The notes beneath the pieces were generated by a model that was given only the letters and a program-made list of their open reading frames with translations, was not told the DNA's origin and ran no database searches. This document shows positions 19,198 through 29,250 of a DNA stretch of 64,000 bases, piece after piece. Both the position numbers and the translations under genes were made by a program. The stretch comes from Sedimentisphaerales bacterium. Its GTDB lineage: Bacteria > Planctomycetota > Phycisphaerae > Sedimentisphaerales > SM23-30. The stretch lies in assembly GCA_963663965.2 (NCBI GenBank), contig CAXXFK010000036.1, forward strand, positions 45,089 to 109,088. Reading direction: 5' to 3'. How positions within the stretch are numbered: the stretch's first letter is position 1; every line of letters begins with the position of its first letter.

Positions 19198-20745
19198 TTA
19201 CCTGGTTTCAAAGCGAGCGAGTTCTTCTGTCTGTTTCTGGATATTGTTCGCGGAGGCATCCCCATTTTCGCCCATGTTGAATTCGACATCGAGCGTTTCA
19301 CCGGAATTGTAGTTCGTGAAACGGCAGTGCATACGCTGATTCAGGTCATAGCTGTAGGTGGCGCTGATGGGCGTGCCGGCAGGGGTGCCGGGCGGCAGTT
19401 TGAAAGTTTCGTTGGTGAGCACATTGACAAAGGCCGGATCGGTATCTTCACCCTGGGTAATGGTAATACGAACGTGTTCCTGATCATCAACCATGGTGTA
19501 GAAGGTCAGGGTTTCTTCGCAGGGCAGCGGGGTGTTTTTGTGCAGAATGGGAGTGTTGATCAGAATATGCTGGCCGGTTTCTTTGTCAAAGGGGGCGCTG
19601 AGTGTGCCATAACTATGATTACAGACATCCTGTAATTTGACATCGCGGAGTCCGCCGGCAATGCCTTCGGAGACCGATTCGGGTTTTTGGCGTATGGTAG
19701 TCAGGCCCGCGTGGATCGCGGCGCCCAACGCGACGCATTCATCGACGTTCACGGAATTTTCGGGTGGGAATCCGAACATTTCTTCCAGTTTCTGGCTGAC
19801 CATGGGGATCCGGGTACTCCCTCCAACGAGCAGGACACGATCGATATCTTTTTTCGTGCAACCGGCTTCGCTTAATACGGAATCGATGAGCATTTCGGTG
19901 CGGGCCAGCAGTGACGCGATCGCCTGTTCGAATTCCGGCCGGGTGATTTCGGCGCGGGCTGAGCCAGTCGGTCCGTAAAGGATTTTCTTGGCAATATCAC
20001 GCCGGGACAGGGTCTTTTTGGTGTCTTCGGCCTCATCTTCGTACTTGGCAAGGTCGACATCGGAAGCGATCAGGTCTTCGTTACACTGGTCGCGATAGTT
20101 GTTTTTGAAAATTTCGAGGATGCTGCGATCGAAATCGATACCTCCCAACGCGTGATCGCCCTGAGAGCAGAGGATTTCCATATCACGCCCGTTGATATCC
20201 ATCAGGGTGACATCAAAGGTACCGCCGCCGAGGTCATAAACCAGGACCCGGCCGGAGACATCCTGTTTGGTGGCATAATAGAGCGCGGCCGCCACCGGTT
20301 CGTTGACAATACTGATGACGTTGAGACCGGCCAGGGCGCCCGCGTCCATGGTGGCTTTGCGGCGGATTTCATCGAAATGAGCCGGGACCGAAATTGCGAC
20401 ATTGTCAATCGATCCCACCTGAGCGGCGGCATCCTGGGCGAGTTTGCGTAAAATCAAGCTGGACAGTTCGACGGGAGTCCATTCCCGGCCGTCGATTTTA
20501 ACTTTATAATCGGTACCGATATGGCGTTTGATCCAGCGAACGGCCCGTTCGGGATTGAGCAGTCGTGAATTAACCGCTTCGACGCCCACCTGCACCACAG
20601 ATGGATTTTCTTCATCGAAATAGAGCGCGGAAGGCGTAATGCGTTCCCCCTCGCTATTGGGGATGATTTCGGGGCGTCCAATTCCATTAAGAATTGCGAT
20701 CGCGGAAAAGGTGGTACCTAAATCAATACCTGTTATTGTAGCCAT
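19198..20745 (-). CDS. Hsp70-family protein (short, no alpha-helical lid; not canonical DnaK)
   Basis: GIDLGTT, IIPNSEGERITPS, VNEPVAAAL, VYDLGGGTFDVT, LGGIDFD and LLVGGSTRIP. ATG at 20745 follows GGAG. Confidence 0.93.
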   Translation of the reverse strand: MATITGIDLGTTFSAIAILNGIGRPEIIPNSEGERITPSALYFDEENPSVVQVGVEAVNSRLLNPERAVRWIKRHIGTDYKVKIDGREWTPVELSSLILRKLAQDAAAQVGSIDNVAISVPAHFDEIRRKATMDAGALAGLNVISIVNEPVAAALYYATKQDVSGRVLVYDLGGGTFDVTLMDINGRDMEILCSQGDHALGGIDFDRSILEIFKNNYRDQCNEDLIASDVDLAKYEDEAEDTKKTLSRRDIAKKILYGPTGSARAEITRPEFEQAIASLLARTEMLIDSVLSEAGCTKKDIDRVLLVGGSTRIPMVSQKLEEMFGFPPENSVNVDECVALGAAIHAGLTTIRQKPESVSEGIAGGLRDVKLQDVCNHSYGTLSAPFDKETGQHILINTPILHKNTPLPCEETLTFYTMVDDQEHVRITITQGEDTDPAFVNVLTNETFKLPPGTPAGTPISATYSYDLNQRMHCRFTNYNSGETLDVEFNMGENGDASANNIQKQTEELARFETR

Positions 20746-20802
20746 GGTCCAAGTCTCCAATATATTGGATGCATTCGTATTACAAGCGAAGTTGTCTCAA
20801 GT

Positions 20803-22197
20803 TTATCCGGCCGCTACGGCGCATTGCGCCTGGTATAGCATCACTTGCGCGGTCCGTACAATTTTGGGTTGTTGCGAGTCGACGACATAGCGGTATCCGG
20901 GGCGGATGACCGCGGCGATGGCGCCGTCACGTTTGGGATCGGCGCATAATTTTCTCTGTTTAACGACTTCCATACATTTTTCCTGCCCTTTATACTGGGA
21001 ATCCAGGTCCGGACGATATTGTTCAATGCTGGAGGATTCCAGCGCGAATACCAATTCATCATAGGCATTTTGCAGCGACGTGACATCTTCGCCAGCCATT
21101 TCCAGTTTTTCGATCTGGGTTTCGAGGTTGTCGATGCAGCGGATGATCCTCAGGCAGAAGTTTTTCAGAATGTTCCAGTCATAGCCATCCTGATATTTTT
21201 CGATTCTGGATTGCTGGCTGGAAGCGTATTCGCGCAGGGCCGTTAATTCTTCGGTCAGTTTGCCCAGGTCGCTGGGTTCCGGTTCGGATTTGATTTCGGC
21301 GGAAACGGCGATATTTTTTTGATTTTGAAGCTGAGGCGGTCCAAAAGCCGAGGGTGGCGTATTGTCCGTCAGCGGTTTTGCCGCCGTTTTAACCATATCC
21401 AAATCGTTTTGGCGATCTTTGGGAATTTCCGAAACGGTGTGATTCCAATTGGCCTTGTTCAAACGCGCCGCAGCAGGCGGGCTCTGGCTCCAGAATTCAG
21501 TGGTATTATATTGTAACTGGCGTCTCTGGGAGATACGATCAGAAACGGATGAGTCGTCTTCAGAAATTTTGGCAGCCGGTTCCGGTTGCGAGTTGACCGG
21601 AGCGGTTGCCGCGCTCTGTGAGGCCGGCTGGGAAGAACTGGCTCGTTCTTCGGAAGCGGTCTCTTTCTGAGCGTTTTGATGCTGAATGACGGAAGAGGCA
21701 AACGGATTTTTTTTGCCAACTTTCGATACGATACTGACCAGCAGCCACAGGATCGATATGATAAAAGCCAGACTACTCACAATCGTGCCCAGTAAAGCAT
21801 ATTGCATCCACTGGTGTCTGGATTGCATATCGGCGATTTTATCGTTGGCAACGGTTTTCCAGTTGGCGCCGTACAGTTCACGGGCGTAGGGCCCCGGTTC
21901 AAATTTTCCGGCGGCTATGCTTTCCAGGCTGGCCAGCAAGTGCACCCGCTGATATTCCGACTTTTTATCCATAGGCGCTTCGCCATAGGGTTTGCGTCCC
22001 CAGGGGGATTGGAACTGCTGATCCAGGGGAAGGGCTGACCATTCGCGATATTGCTGCCAATAGGGATCTTGAGATGTTTTGAATTCCTGACGACATTCGA
22101 GGATCTCAGCCAGTGAGTGTTGATAATTTGAAGACGCGACGTAGTATAGCGCGCCGCATCCGCAGGTGATTATCAAGAGGATGGTTCGTATAATCAT
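20803..22197 (-). CDS. Membrane-anchored GrpE-like nucleotide exchange factor
   Basis: C-terminal GrpE-like region (coiled coil, LRIIRCIDNLE, GAIAAVIRPGYRY, IVRTAQV), two N-terminal hydrophobic helices and an S/Q/P-rich linker. Confidence 0.72.
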   Translation of the reverse strand: MIIRTILLIITCGCGALYYVASSNYQHSLAEILECRQEFKTSQDPYWQQYREWSALPLDQQFQSPWGRKPYGEAPMDKKSEYQRVHLLASLESIAAGKFEPGPYARELYGANWKTVANDKIADMQSRHQWMQYALLGTIVSSLAFIISILWLLVSIVSKVGKKNPFASSVIQHQNAQKETASEERASSSQPASQSAATAPVNSQPEPAAKISEDDSSVSDRISQRRQLQYNTTEFWSQSPPAAARLNKANWNHTVSEIPKDRQNDLDMVKTAAKPLTDNTPPSAFGPPQLQNQKNIAVSAEIKSEPEPSDLGKLTEELTALREYASSQQSRIEKYQDGYDWNILKNFCLRIIRCIDNLETQIEKLEMAGEDVTSLQNAYDELVFALESSSIEQYRPDLDSQYKGQEKCMEVVKQRKLCADPKRDGAIAAVIRPGYRYVVDSQQPKIVRTAQVMLYQAQCAVAAG

Positions 22198-22251
22198 ACT
22201 GGGGCCCTCATTTCAAGTCGATTGATTTTGGGGATTCGTATCAATCATAAG

Positions 22252-23343
22252 TTATCGGGTTTCACCCAATTCGGGTATTTTATTAAGACTCAGGCCGAAA
22301 GCCAGGGACCATTCGTAATTGCCGGATTCATTGGTGATGTCGCTATGGGGACCGACGAGAGTTTCCGGCTGGACCTGACTGATCGAGTCGGCCAGTTGGG
22401 CGGGAAGTTCGAGCGCCTGGGCCAGTGACTGACAGAAACCGGTCTGACAGGCCAGGCCGCCTAAAAAGATCAGGCTGTTTAAAGGCTGATGCGGGAATAA
22501 CATATCGTGATACCAGATGCAATGTTGAATTTCGTCCCGCAAATTGCAGTATATTGCTTTCAAATGGGTATTTTGTTTTTTCAGGGTCGCCGTGGCGGTG
22601 TTGCCGCCAGATGCCTGGGCGTTGCTTTCGGACGCTCCTTCGTCATGGTCGTGATGGGCGGCCTGACAAATTTGTTCAGCGCCAATGGCGATATTGCGGG
22701 AGAATGAGAGTTTGTCGCCATGCAGGCCGAGGATGCGGGTACCGCCAAAACCCAGGTCAATGATGAAGTAAGCAGAATCCTTAAGATGGGATTTTTGAAT
22801 CAGGGGGGCAAACCCGCTGATCAGACCGCAGGGTTCGATGTTAATTTTGTCCGCCTCGAGTTTGCACTTATCCAGAATCCCCATGTAATACTCGAAGGAT
22901 TTTTTGGGGACTGCCATCATGATAACTTCTTTGCGTGTTTCATTTTCTTCATAGATGTCACCCACCACGGTATGACGGATAATTCCGTGTTGCGGGTTAA
23001 AAGGCAGCCGATTGGCCGCTTCCAGCTCAATTTTTTCTGCGATCTGGGCCTGGGGGCAGTTGAGCCGGATATGATCAATAAAAACCTCTCGAGATGGCAG
23101 CGCCAGACAGACTTTGCGGCCTTTGAACGGTTTGACCGTCATGAATTCGCGGATGGTTTCAATAAACCATTTCTGGCGAGTCATCTTATTGGGCCGCAGA
23201 TCGGCGGGAACTTCGGCCCGGGCAGCCGCCACCAGAGACAGCTTGTCCTGGTTTCTGGCGAGTTGAACCATTTTAAGGCTGTCGGATCCCATATCGATGC
23301 CAATGGGAAGAACGGTTTTGTTGTTATTGAAAATATTGAACAT
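22252..23343 (-). CDS. pilM: Type IV pilus assembly protein PilM-like actin-fold protein
   Basis: PIGIDMGSDSLKMVQL, IIDLGFGGT, LIFLGG and terminal LAFGLSL. Confidence 0.8.
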   Translation of the reverse strand: MFNIFNNNKTVLPIGIDMGSDSLKMVQLARNQDKLSLVAAARAEVPADLRPNKMTRQKWFIETIREFMTVKPFKGRKVCLALPSREVFIDHIRLNCPQAQIAEKIELEAANRLPFNPQHGIIRHTVVGDIYEENETRKEVIMMAVPKKSFEYYMGILDKCKLEADKINIEPCGLISGFAPLIQKSHLKDSAYFIIDLGFGGTRILGLHGDKLSFSRNIAIGAEQICQAAHHDHDEGASESNAQASGGNTATATLKKQNTHLKAIYCNLRDEIQHCIWYHDMLFPHQPLNSLIFLGGLACQTGFCQSLAQALELPAQLADSISQVQPETLVGPHSDITNESGNYEWSLAFGLSLNKIPELGETR

Positions 23344-23833
23344 TTCTAATTCAGAGACCGGTATCGCTCCGGTTCCTCTGCCGCAGGGTCAAAATAATTG
23401 GTTAGCTTTTGCAATATATGTTACAGAGGATGGGGAGGCAAACCTGATAGCTGGTATCTGGAAGGTTTTTCTATCTTTTTTATTTTGTGGGTCTTATGTA
23501 TAGCTTAAAGTCGGATGATTTGTTACTATTCATATAAAGATGATTATTTGGAGAATGCTTAAATTTAGTAAAATCGTTATAATCAGAAACATTCAGAAAA
23601 TTTGTACCATCCTATTTGCGGTATAATGGCCAGGAGGTTGTATTTGCGATGTGATTTATTTAAGTAACTATCCCATGTCATGTCATTGAAAAAACCATAA
23701 AATTAAACCGAAACAAGAGTTTTGAATTTACATACGGATTGAACGGTCATAAGATATCGGTCATTGTATTGTGATAGATCCCAAACAAATTGATTATTTT
23801 TTGGTTATCATATATCCATGAGAAAGGGCTGAT

Positions 23834-24622
23834 ATGTATCGCAGTCATTATATCAAAGCGGGTTTAGTGGGATTATTGATCATGGGAATGATCGGATCCT
23901 GTCGTCGCGAAGACGGAGGAAAAGAATCCAATGTGGATAATGTTGGCAACGAAAAAAAAGAGGTCAGGCAGAAAGAAGCAGTGATTGCCGTAGTACTGGG
24001 GCGGGAAATCGGGGTAGATGAAGCGGAACAATTAAACAGTATAATTGTCAAAGCGCTATTTGAGCAATTTGCCGTTGATCATAAGATTGAACCGACAGAA
24101 GAAGAGATGGAATGTCTGACACGCAGAACAGAAGCGATTCAGCAGCAACGGATGGATGAGATGGCAGTAGAGTGTGAGTCTTTGAGAGAATCAATTAAAA
24201 ATGAGGATCTGATTGAGGAAGAACGGGCAAAACAGGAGGAGAAACTTGAAAACCTGGAAAAAGCTCTGGCAAGCATGCAAGAGACCCGGAATGAAATCGG
24301 GGCATTGGACGATGCGCATCAGCGAAAGATAAAAATGGGAGTCGCACACCATCTGGTTAAGAGCTGGAAGATCAACGCGGCATTGTACGCCCGGTATGGC
24401 GGACGGGCGATTTTTCAGCAGTTTGGGCCGGAACCGCTGGACGCCTATCGCGATTACCTGAAAGAACAGGAAAAAGCGGGCGCGTTCGAAATTATCGACA
24501 AACAATATGAGCCGGCATTCTGGAAATATTATACCGATGAATCGATGCATGTTTTTTATCCGGGTGAAGATGCGGATCAGGTGATCAATACCCCGTGGTG
24601 GATGATGGAGGAGAGCCAGTGA
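23834..24622 (+). CDS. Putative lipoprotein, helical/coiled-coil
   Basis: Lipobox-like MIGSC and a coiled-coil middle region. Confidence 0.6.
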   Translation: MYRSHYIKAGLVGLLIMGMIGSCRREDGGKESNVDNVGNEKKEVRQKEAVIAVVLGREIGVDEAEQLNSIIVKALFEQFAVDHKIEPTEEEMECLTRRTEAIQQQRMDEMAVECESLRESIKNEDLIEEERAKQEEKLENLEKALASMQETRNEIGALDDAHQRKIKMGVAHHLVKSWKINAALYARYGGRAIFQQFGPEPLDAYRDYLKEQEKAGAFEIIDKQYEPAFWKYYTDESMHVFYPGEDADQVINTPWWMMEESQ

Positions 24623-24722
24623 CAGGTTTTTCGTGTCGCATTCATGTCTGGATGGTTGATCCCTGTGGTAACCAGCGGTATTACATACTGAGTCTGATTC
24701 ATTGCCCTGATCATTTTTACTC

Positions 24723-24752
24723 TTGAATTCATGGCATCTGAACGAGTATAAT
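24723..24752 (+). promoter_or_regulatory. Putative sigma70 promoter of the M48 peptidase gene
   Basis: TTGAAT-N18-TATAAT. Confidence 0.4.
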
Positions 24753-24871
24753 ACAACCAGAGTCCGGTTGATTAAGTAGCCGGGTTATCTTTTCTCAAGC
24801 GATCTGATCCAATCGATAGTTGGCTAAATGAATTATTGAATCGATAACTCTATTTGTTTTGGAGGTTAATC

Positions 24872-26758
24872 ATGGCTGAGCAGGAAACGCAGGTGACTGG
24901 TGAAGTGAAGGGGCAAGAAGGGCGTGATGATCGGGAACGATTTACTAAACTGGGATTTTTAAAAACATACCTTATGCCAGTCTTGATGATTTTTCTGATT
25001 CCCGGTTTTTCATGGTGGTTTTTTAATTATGTGCAAAGCGATTATGATCAGGAAGCGCTGGAATCCATCAAGGCGAGTTTGTATAACGAGCCCAATATGC
25101 CTGAAGAAAAACGGGCAGCTGTGCTTGTGTTTCATGAAAAAATGCCCCTGTCAAAGATTTTGAGTATTAACGATCCTGTTCTGGATGACTTTAAGAGCGG
25201 GATTAATGACAGTGTCAAACGGGATTATTTTATGTTTCACTGGTTAATTATCCTATCCGAAATATGTTTGTACTCGGGGGCAGGAGTTTTTGCGATAGCC
25301 ATTATCGCCGTGCTATTATCCTTTAAATCCCAGCAGATTCAATACCTGAGTCTATCAACCGGTTGGCATGTCCTCAGGTTTTTTTCTGTTCTGCAAGTTG
25401 TGGGGCAAGGATGTCTGGCGCTGGCATTATCATTCTGGATAACCGCATTCTGGTTTAATATGTATGTGCCAAAAATTATAATCATTGTCGGGATTTTTGC
25501 TTTGTGTGCCATTGGTTTGATCATTAAGGCCATATTTAAAAAACTGGATAATGACTTTATCATTAAGGGAGTTTTATTGGATGATCGTCGGGCAGAACCC
25601 CTCTGGCGTCATATCGGGAGATTGGCCGACAAGTTGGGAACTGAAAGACCTCAGCAGATCATCGCGGGAATCGATGACAATTTTTTTGTAACAGAGCAAC
25701 CCGTTACTGTTGAGGGCAGGCAGTATTTTGGCAAGACACTCTATTTGAGCCTGCCGTTGATCAAACATATGAAGAAAACTGAGGCCGATGCTGTCTTAGC
25801 CCATGAATTGGCACATTTCAGCGGCCGGGATACCCTGTATTCCAAAAAAATTTCACCACTATTGGGACGGTATCATTATTATCTGGTTGCTTTGTATGAG
25901 GGGGGAATCACCCGGCCAGTGTTCTCATTTATGTTGTTTTTCCGGAGTTTGTATCAACTTTCGATCAGTCAGTTAAGCCGGTCGAGGGAGTATCGGGCTG
26001 ACATGTTAGCCGCCGAGTCGACATCGCCGCTGGATCTGGCACATGCCCTGATAAAAGTTTCCGCCTATTCAAATTATCGAGACAAGGTTGAACGGGGCTT
26101 GTTTGAAAAGGAGCATGTCCAGCATTCATTGGGTATTCGAGAATTGATCGCCAAAGGGTTTGAGAGTTTTGTCAGAACAGAGATATCCGATTCGGAGATC
26201 AATAGCACTAAAATCGTGCATCCATTTGATTCTCATCCACCCATCGCTCAACGGATTCAGGCGATTGGCGTTGAAAGTACATCGAATTATTGCGAGGAAA
26301 TACTGCTCAAGCCTGTTGATGATAGCTGGTTTAATGAAATTGAAAATGCCGAAGAATTAGAAAATCTTCAATGGGCAGAATACGAAGAGGCGTTTTCGGA
26401 ATATCATGAACAAGCACTGTGTTATCGGTTCCTGCCGACGACTGAAGCCGAAAAAGAGATCGTCACTAAGCATTTTCCTGAGGTCATCATCCAAACGAAG
26501 AAAGATGAACAGCTAGTGATTAATTATGAGTCCATTCATTTAACGAGTTGGGATAGTCCGGTTTTATACGGATCGATAAAGAATTGCACCAAAGACAACA
26601 ATTATCTGGATATTGGCTGTACGGGTGGATTAAAACGGATCAAGTTAAGCGATTTAAAAGGCTCGCAAGAGGAAGTTCTGCATATGTTTGAAATGTATTA
26701 TGGTCGATATCTGCAAGCCAGGTCTTATCAGGAAAATAAGCAGAAAAATCACGAATAA
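24872..26758 (+). CDS. M48 (HtpX-like) membrane zinc metallopeptidase
   Basis: Several TM helices, AVLAHELAH, REYRAD and DSHPP. ATG 24872 follows GGAGG. Confidence 0.85.
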   Translation: MAEQETQVTGEVKGQEGRDDRERFTKLGFLKTYLMPVLMIFLIPGFSWWFFNYVQSDYDQEALESIKASLYNEPNMPEEKRAAVLVFHEKMPLSKILSINDPVLDDFKSGINDSVKRDYFMFHWLIILSEICLYSGAGVFAIAIIAVLLSFKSQQIQYLSLSTGWHVLRFFSVLQVVGQGCLALALSFWITAFWFNMYVPKIIIIVGIFALCAIGLIIKAIFKKLDNDFIIKGVLLDDRRAEPLWRHIGRLADKLGTERPQQIIAGIDDNFFVTEQPVTVEGRQYFGKTLYLSLPLIKHMKKTEADAVLAHELAHFSGRDTLYSKKISPLLGRYHYYLVALYEGGITRPVFSFMLFFRSLYQLSISQLSRSREYRADMLAAESTSPLDLAHALIKVSAYSNYRDKVERGLFEKEHVQHSLGIRELIAKGFESFVRTEISDSEINSTKIVHPFDSHPPIAQRIQAIGVESTSNYCEEILLKPVDDSWFNEIENAEELENLQWAEYEEAFSEYHEQALCYRFLPTTEAEKEIVTKHFPEVIIQTKKDEQLVINYESIHLTSWDSPVLYGSIKNCTKDNNYLDIGCTGGLKRIKLSDLKGSQEEVLHMFEMYYGRYLQARSYQENKQKNHE

Positions 26759-26775
26759 TATTTGAAAAGGTTATT

Positions 26776-27066
26776 ATGGGTGATTTGAAGAGTAAAAAGT
26801 TGATCATATTAAAGGGGATTTTATTCCTGGGTATTGGTTTACTTAGTGGGGGGTATATTCTGGTGATCAGTCCGGATATCCGGGTATTGGCGCTGTTGGG
26901 CGTGTGTATCTGGGCGTTTTGCCGGTTCTATTATTTTTTATTTTATGTGCTGGAGAAGTATGTCGGGATAGAAGGGAAATATGCCGGGATTGGGGATCTG
27001 GTCAGAAGGTTGATAAGGAAGAAGCGGGAAGATAACTGCGATAGCGATCCGGTGAATGATCATTAA
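26776..27066 (+). CDS. Small membrane protein
   Basis: 96 aa with two hydrophobic helices and an AAAGG RBS, 17 nt after the M48 stop. Confidence 0.65.
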   Translation: MGDLKSKKLIILKGILFLGIGLLSGGYILVISPDIRVLALLGVCIWAFCRFYYFLFYVLEKYVGIEGKYAGIGDLVRRLIRKKREDNCDSDPVNDH

Positions 27067-27402
27067 AGCAAATGTATCACAGGCGTTTATGATATTCAAA
27101 AGCTTGCATATAATCGTATCTAGTATATTCCCCGGAAATATATGGTTTTGTTTCCTGCTTTGCCCAGCTTAACAGTGGCTGAGATTAAAGATGTTTCATA
27201 TTGGTCCAATATAAGTGTTTTCTCTTGACATTTATTTGTGTCTGGTCTTTAATTAGTTATTGTAAAAGGTTAGGAGGTTTATCTGAAAAGGTTCTTACTA
27301 AACAAGTATATATAACATATTGGATTTGTTAGAGAGAGGTGAAAGTTAAATTTAGCGTATTCAGGTTTGTGATCAATAATTAATTTGAAGGAGAATGTTG
27401 TT

Positions 27403-28107
27403 ATGAAGAATGTAGTTTTTGCTTTTGTGATTGTTGTGCTTGTTTTATCGGGCACTTCCGTATTAATGGCCGGAATGACTACGATCAATGGAAATGTTTT
27501 TGATCTGGATCAGTTTAACGGGGCTACTGTGACTTATCGGGTAGGCGGTTCCGTTGATTTCGATGGTAAGCTATGGGATAATGCGGTAGGGGTAGATTTA
27601 TACACGCTGGGTGAACTGGCATCCGGGCAGTATGGCAGTGATCCGGGTGATCAGGTTACATTACAAGATCGAACAAATCCGGATTGGTTGCAGCTTAACT
27701 ATGCGAATCCATTATTGATCAGCGCTTCTCAGCATAGACTGGTCATTTATGAAATCACCAGCGCGACCAGTGGAGTCGATACGGAGGGACTCAGTTTCAA
27801 TATTTCGTTAAACGGTGGTTCTTTGATTGGGGCGGGCAGCAGCGTTGCGACTTTTTATGCCCATCCGGGAGTTGAGGCAACGAACCAGTTGGTATTTGAT
27901 CTATATGATTTTGGTTTTTCGAATGGCGATTTGTTAAGTACATTGTATATTGAAAACACCGACTCTGGGTCAGGGACTTCTGATCCAGATTTTATTTTTG
28001 CCGGGATGGCCACCGATGCTGCGGCGGTTCCAGTGCCATCTGCATTTTTGCTGGGTAGTATCGGCGTCAGCTTTATCGGCTATCTCAGGAAACGTGAAAG
28101 AAATTGA
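27403..28107 (+). CDS. PEP-CTERM-type (exosortase-target) surface protein
   Basis: Signal peptide. C-terminal VPVPSAFLLGSIGVSFIGYLRKR gives sorting motif, TM helix and basic tail. Confidence 0.8.
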   Translation: MKNVVFAFVIVVLVLSGTSVLMAGMTTINGNVFDLDQFNGATVTYRVGGSVDFDGKLWDNAVGVDLYTLGELASGQYGSDPGDQVTLQDRTNPDWLQLNYANPLLISASQHRLVIYEITSATSGVDTEGLSFNISLNGGSLIGAGSSVATFYAHPGVEATNQLVFDLYDFGFSNGDLLSTLYIENTDSGSGTSDPDFIFAGMATDAAAVPVPSAFLLGSIGVSFIGYLRKRERN

Positions 28108-28143
28108 GTCGATTGAAGCGATAAGCAAATGTAAAGGTAAAAA

Positions 28144-28182
28144 AACGGGAGAACGTGTTCAGGCGTTCTCCCGTTAGTTTTT
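28144..28182. terminator. Intrinsic terminator, probably bidirectional
   Basis: Stem AACGGGAGAACG/CGTTCTCCCGTT flanked by an A-run and a T-run, between convergent genes. Confidence 0.75.
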
Positions 28183-28191
28183 GCTAGCTAA

Positions 28192-28370
28192 GGGACCGTC
28201 AATAAATAAATACTGCATTTTTCATCCCATCTTGCCGCCATCTTCAGCCGCTTCTCAATCGCAAAATCCTCGACATAGAACAGCTATGCCTGCGGTTTTG
28301 CTCAATCGGCGCGACTGAATCTGATGACAAGCTGGGCGATAAATTGCAGCATTTATTTATTTACAGCCCC
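28192..28370. mobile_element. MITE-like element (~179 bp) with TAA target-site duplication
   Basis: TIR GGGACCGTCAATAAATAAATACTGCA vs reverse complement GGGGCTGTAAATAAATAAATGCTGCA (22/26). TAA at 28189-28191 and 28371-28373. Internal hairpin centred on CATAG-AACAG-CTATG. Confidence 0.75.
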
Positions 28371-28377
28371 TAACGAA

Positions 28378-29250
28378 TTAAAGGTCGCAGATTTCAACAG
28401 CTCGGGTAAGGGCGTCGAGTTGTTCTTCCTGGGAACCGCGGGAAGAGAATTCGTGGGCGAGGTAGCCTTGATATCCGGTTTTTAGAATGGCTTTGATGAT
28501 GGGTGGGTAGTTGATTTCCTGGTCCAGGTGAATAGGCCCGCGGCCGGGGACGCCGGCGGTATGGAAGTGTTTGATGCAGTCTTTGTATTCTTTGATGGTG
28601 GCGATGATATCGCCTTCCTGAACCTGCATGTGGTAGATATCGTAGAGCAGTCCGAAACGGTCTGAACCAACGCGGCGGGCAAGTTCGCCGCCCCAGTGAG
28701 TCCGGTCACACATGTAATCTTTATGATTACGTTTGGAGTTGAGGAGCTCCATGCAGAGGTTGATTTTCTTTTCTTCGGCGTAACCGACAATTTTTTTGAC
28801 GCCGATTTCACAGTTTTTCAGGCCTTCATCATCATCCATACCATCGCGGTTGCCGGAGAAGCAGATGACGTTGGGGAATCCGGCATCAACGGCGTTATCG
28901 ATGCTGGCGCGGATTTTGGCGATGCATTCATCGTGATTTTCGATGCGGTTAAGACCTTTGGTAATGCCGTGTGAGCCGATCATGGTGCAAATGAGGTTGT
29001 GTTTCTTGAGAATGGGCCATTCGTTAGGGCCGACCAGGTCAATGCCATGCAGACCGGTTTGGGTGGCATATTTACAGAGGTCTTCAATGGGGATTTTGCC
29101 CAGACACCAGCGACAGGCGGCCTGTTTAAGATTATTGTTGCGGGCCCGGTGAGGTTCTTCATCAGCAGCCTGGGTGTGGGTGGCGATTCCGGCAACGGCA
29201 ACGGCTGAACCGGCCAGCATTTGACGGCGGGATATGGCGTTCTTTTTCAT
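28378..29250 (-). CDS. Tat-exported hydroxypyruvate isomerase/xylose-isomerase-like TIM barrel protein
   Basis: SRRQML Tat motif, ICFSGNR, MELLNSK, LYDIYHMQ, HTAGVPGR and AHEF. Confidence 0.85.
   Translation of the reverse strand: MKKNAISRRQMLAGSAVAVAGIATHTQAADEEPHRARNNNLKQAACRWCLGKIPIEDLCKYATQTGLHGIDLVGPNEWPILKKHNLICTMIGSHGITKGLNRIENHDECIAKIRASIDNAVDAGFPNVICFSGNRDGMDDDEGLKNCEIGVKKIVGYAEEKKINLCMELLNSKRNHKDYMCDRTHWGGELARRVGSDRFGLLYDIYHMQVQEGDIIATIKEYKDCIKHFHTAGVPGRGPIHLDQEINYPPIIKAILKTGYQGYLAHEFSSRGSQEEQLDALTRAVEICDL

Noticed and set aside
19198..20760. Calling the Hsp70 dnaK
   Set aside because: Too short, with a divergent linker and substrate domain and atypical partners.
23430..23470. GGCAAACC suggesting a c-di-GMP-I riboswitch near pilM
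   Set aside because: It is on the wrong strand for pilM, and the GNRA loop and second stem are missing.
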